Shown here piece after piece: positions 5,709 through 5,845 of a stretch of 5,845 nucleotides of DNA. This stretch comes from Candidatus Iainarchaeum sp. (GTDB lineage: Archaea; Iainarchaeota; Iainarchaeia; Iainarchaeales; CSSED10-239). The position numbers and the translations under genes were made by a program. The notes under the pieces were generated by a model that was given only the letters and a program-made list of their open reading frames with translations, had not been told where the DNA came from and searched no databases. Where the stretch lies: the NCBI GenBank assembly GCA_028693335.1, contig JAQUVR010000044.1, positions 1-5,845 of the forward strand. The letters are read 5' to 3'. Each line of letters begins with the position of its first letter. Positions within the stretch are counted from its first letter, which is position 1.

Positions 5709-5733
5709 TAAAAGAGAATTTCCTTCTCTTTTA
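5709..5733 (+). terminator. Perfect 10-bp stem hairpin downstream of the Cys-rich protein gene
   Basis: TAAAAGAGAA (5709-5718) pairs perfectly with TTCTCTTTTA (5724-5733) around the loop TTTCC. The 3' arm supplies a T-rich tract. It starts 21 nt after the stop at 5686-5688. Confidence 0.45.
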
Positions 5734-5763
5734 AATACTTTTCTTTTCTTATTTTATTTATGA

Positions 5764-5813
5764 TATACAAAATAGTTTTAGAAAAATCTAGTTTTAAATC
5801 AAAATTTTGTATA
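5764..5813. repeat. 10-bp inverted repeat with a nested direct repeat
   Basis: TATACAAAAT (5764-5773) and ATTTTGTATA (5804-5813) are exact reverse complements separated by 30 nt. Inside the spacer, TAGTTTTA occurs twice (5773-5780 and 5789-5796). Confidence 0.6.
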
Positions 5814-5845
5814 GTTATCAATAACTTTAATGGCCAGTAAGGCCG

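Noticed and set aside
5704-5763. 19-codon mini-ORF (MNKREFPSLLNTFLFLFYL) downstream of the Cys-rich gene
   Set aside because: It has no SD, it spans the terminator-like hairpin (5709-5733), and ORFs of this length arise easily by chance. It is only worth revisiting if ribosome profiling or conservation supports it.
5832-5844. GGCCAGTAAGGCC matches the SfiI recognition pattern (GGCC-N5-GGCC), raising the thought of a cloning adapter or vector remnant at the contig end
   Set aside because: It does not match the common SfiI adapter sequences I remember. A single occurrence cannot distinguish an artefact from native sequence, so it is noted only as part of the GC-rich edge observation.
1-5845. 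Search for CRISPR repeats, transposase or integrase genes, terminal inverted repeats of IS elements, toxin-antitoxin pairs or defence-system signatures
   Set aside because: I found no regularly spaced direct repeats, no recombinase or nuclease motifs in any long ORF, and no flanking repeat pairs. The window reads as core housekeeping genes plus two orphan genes rather than a mobile or defence island.

Overview
This is a very AT-rich window (roughly a quarter to a third GC by eye) with all supported genes on the + strand. It looks archaeal, probably from a small-genome DPANN/nanoarchaeal-like lineage. Three things point that way: a group II chaperonin-like C-terminal fragment, a Sulfolobus/hSSB1-type single-OB SSB, and a tRNA with no encoded CCA followed by an oligo-T terminator. 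Gene order is: 3' end of a thermosome-like gene, a compact SSB, tRNA-Ile with the rare UAU anticodon, an uncharacterised 461-aa membrane protein, isoleucyl-tRNA synthetase (951 aa), and a small membrane-anchored cysteine-rich protein. I see no CRISPR array, transposase, integrase or rRNA. Four things deserve a second look. (1) A genomically encoded tRNA-Ile(UAU) sits 1.5 kb upstream of its cognate IleRS in a genome that uses ATA heavily. (2) The gene wedged between them encodes an orphan protein built from two duplicated 2-TM hairpins plus three copies of a ~50-aa UBA-like helical module. (3) A six-cysteine, Gly/Thr-rich exported protein is the only gene here with a strong Shine-Dalgarno site. 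(4) A GC-clamped (AT)8 hairpin lies between ileS and that gene. All functional assignments come from reading motifs by eye; no database search was possible.
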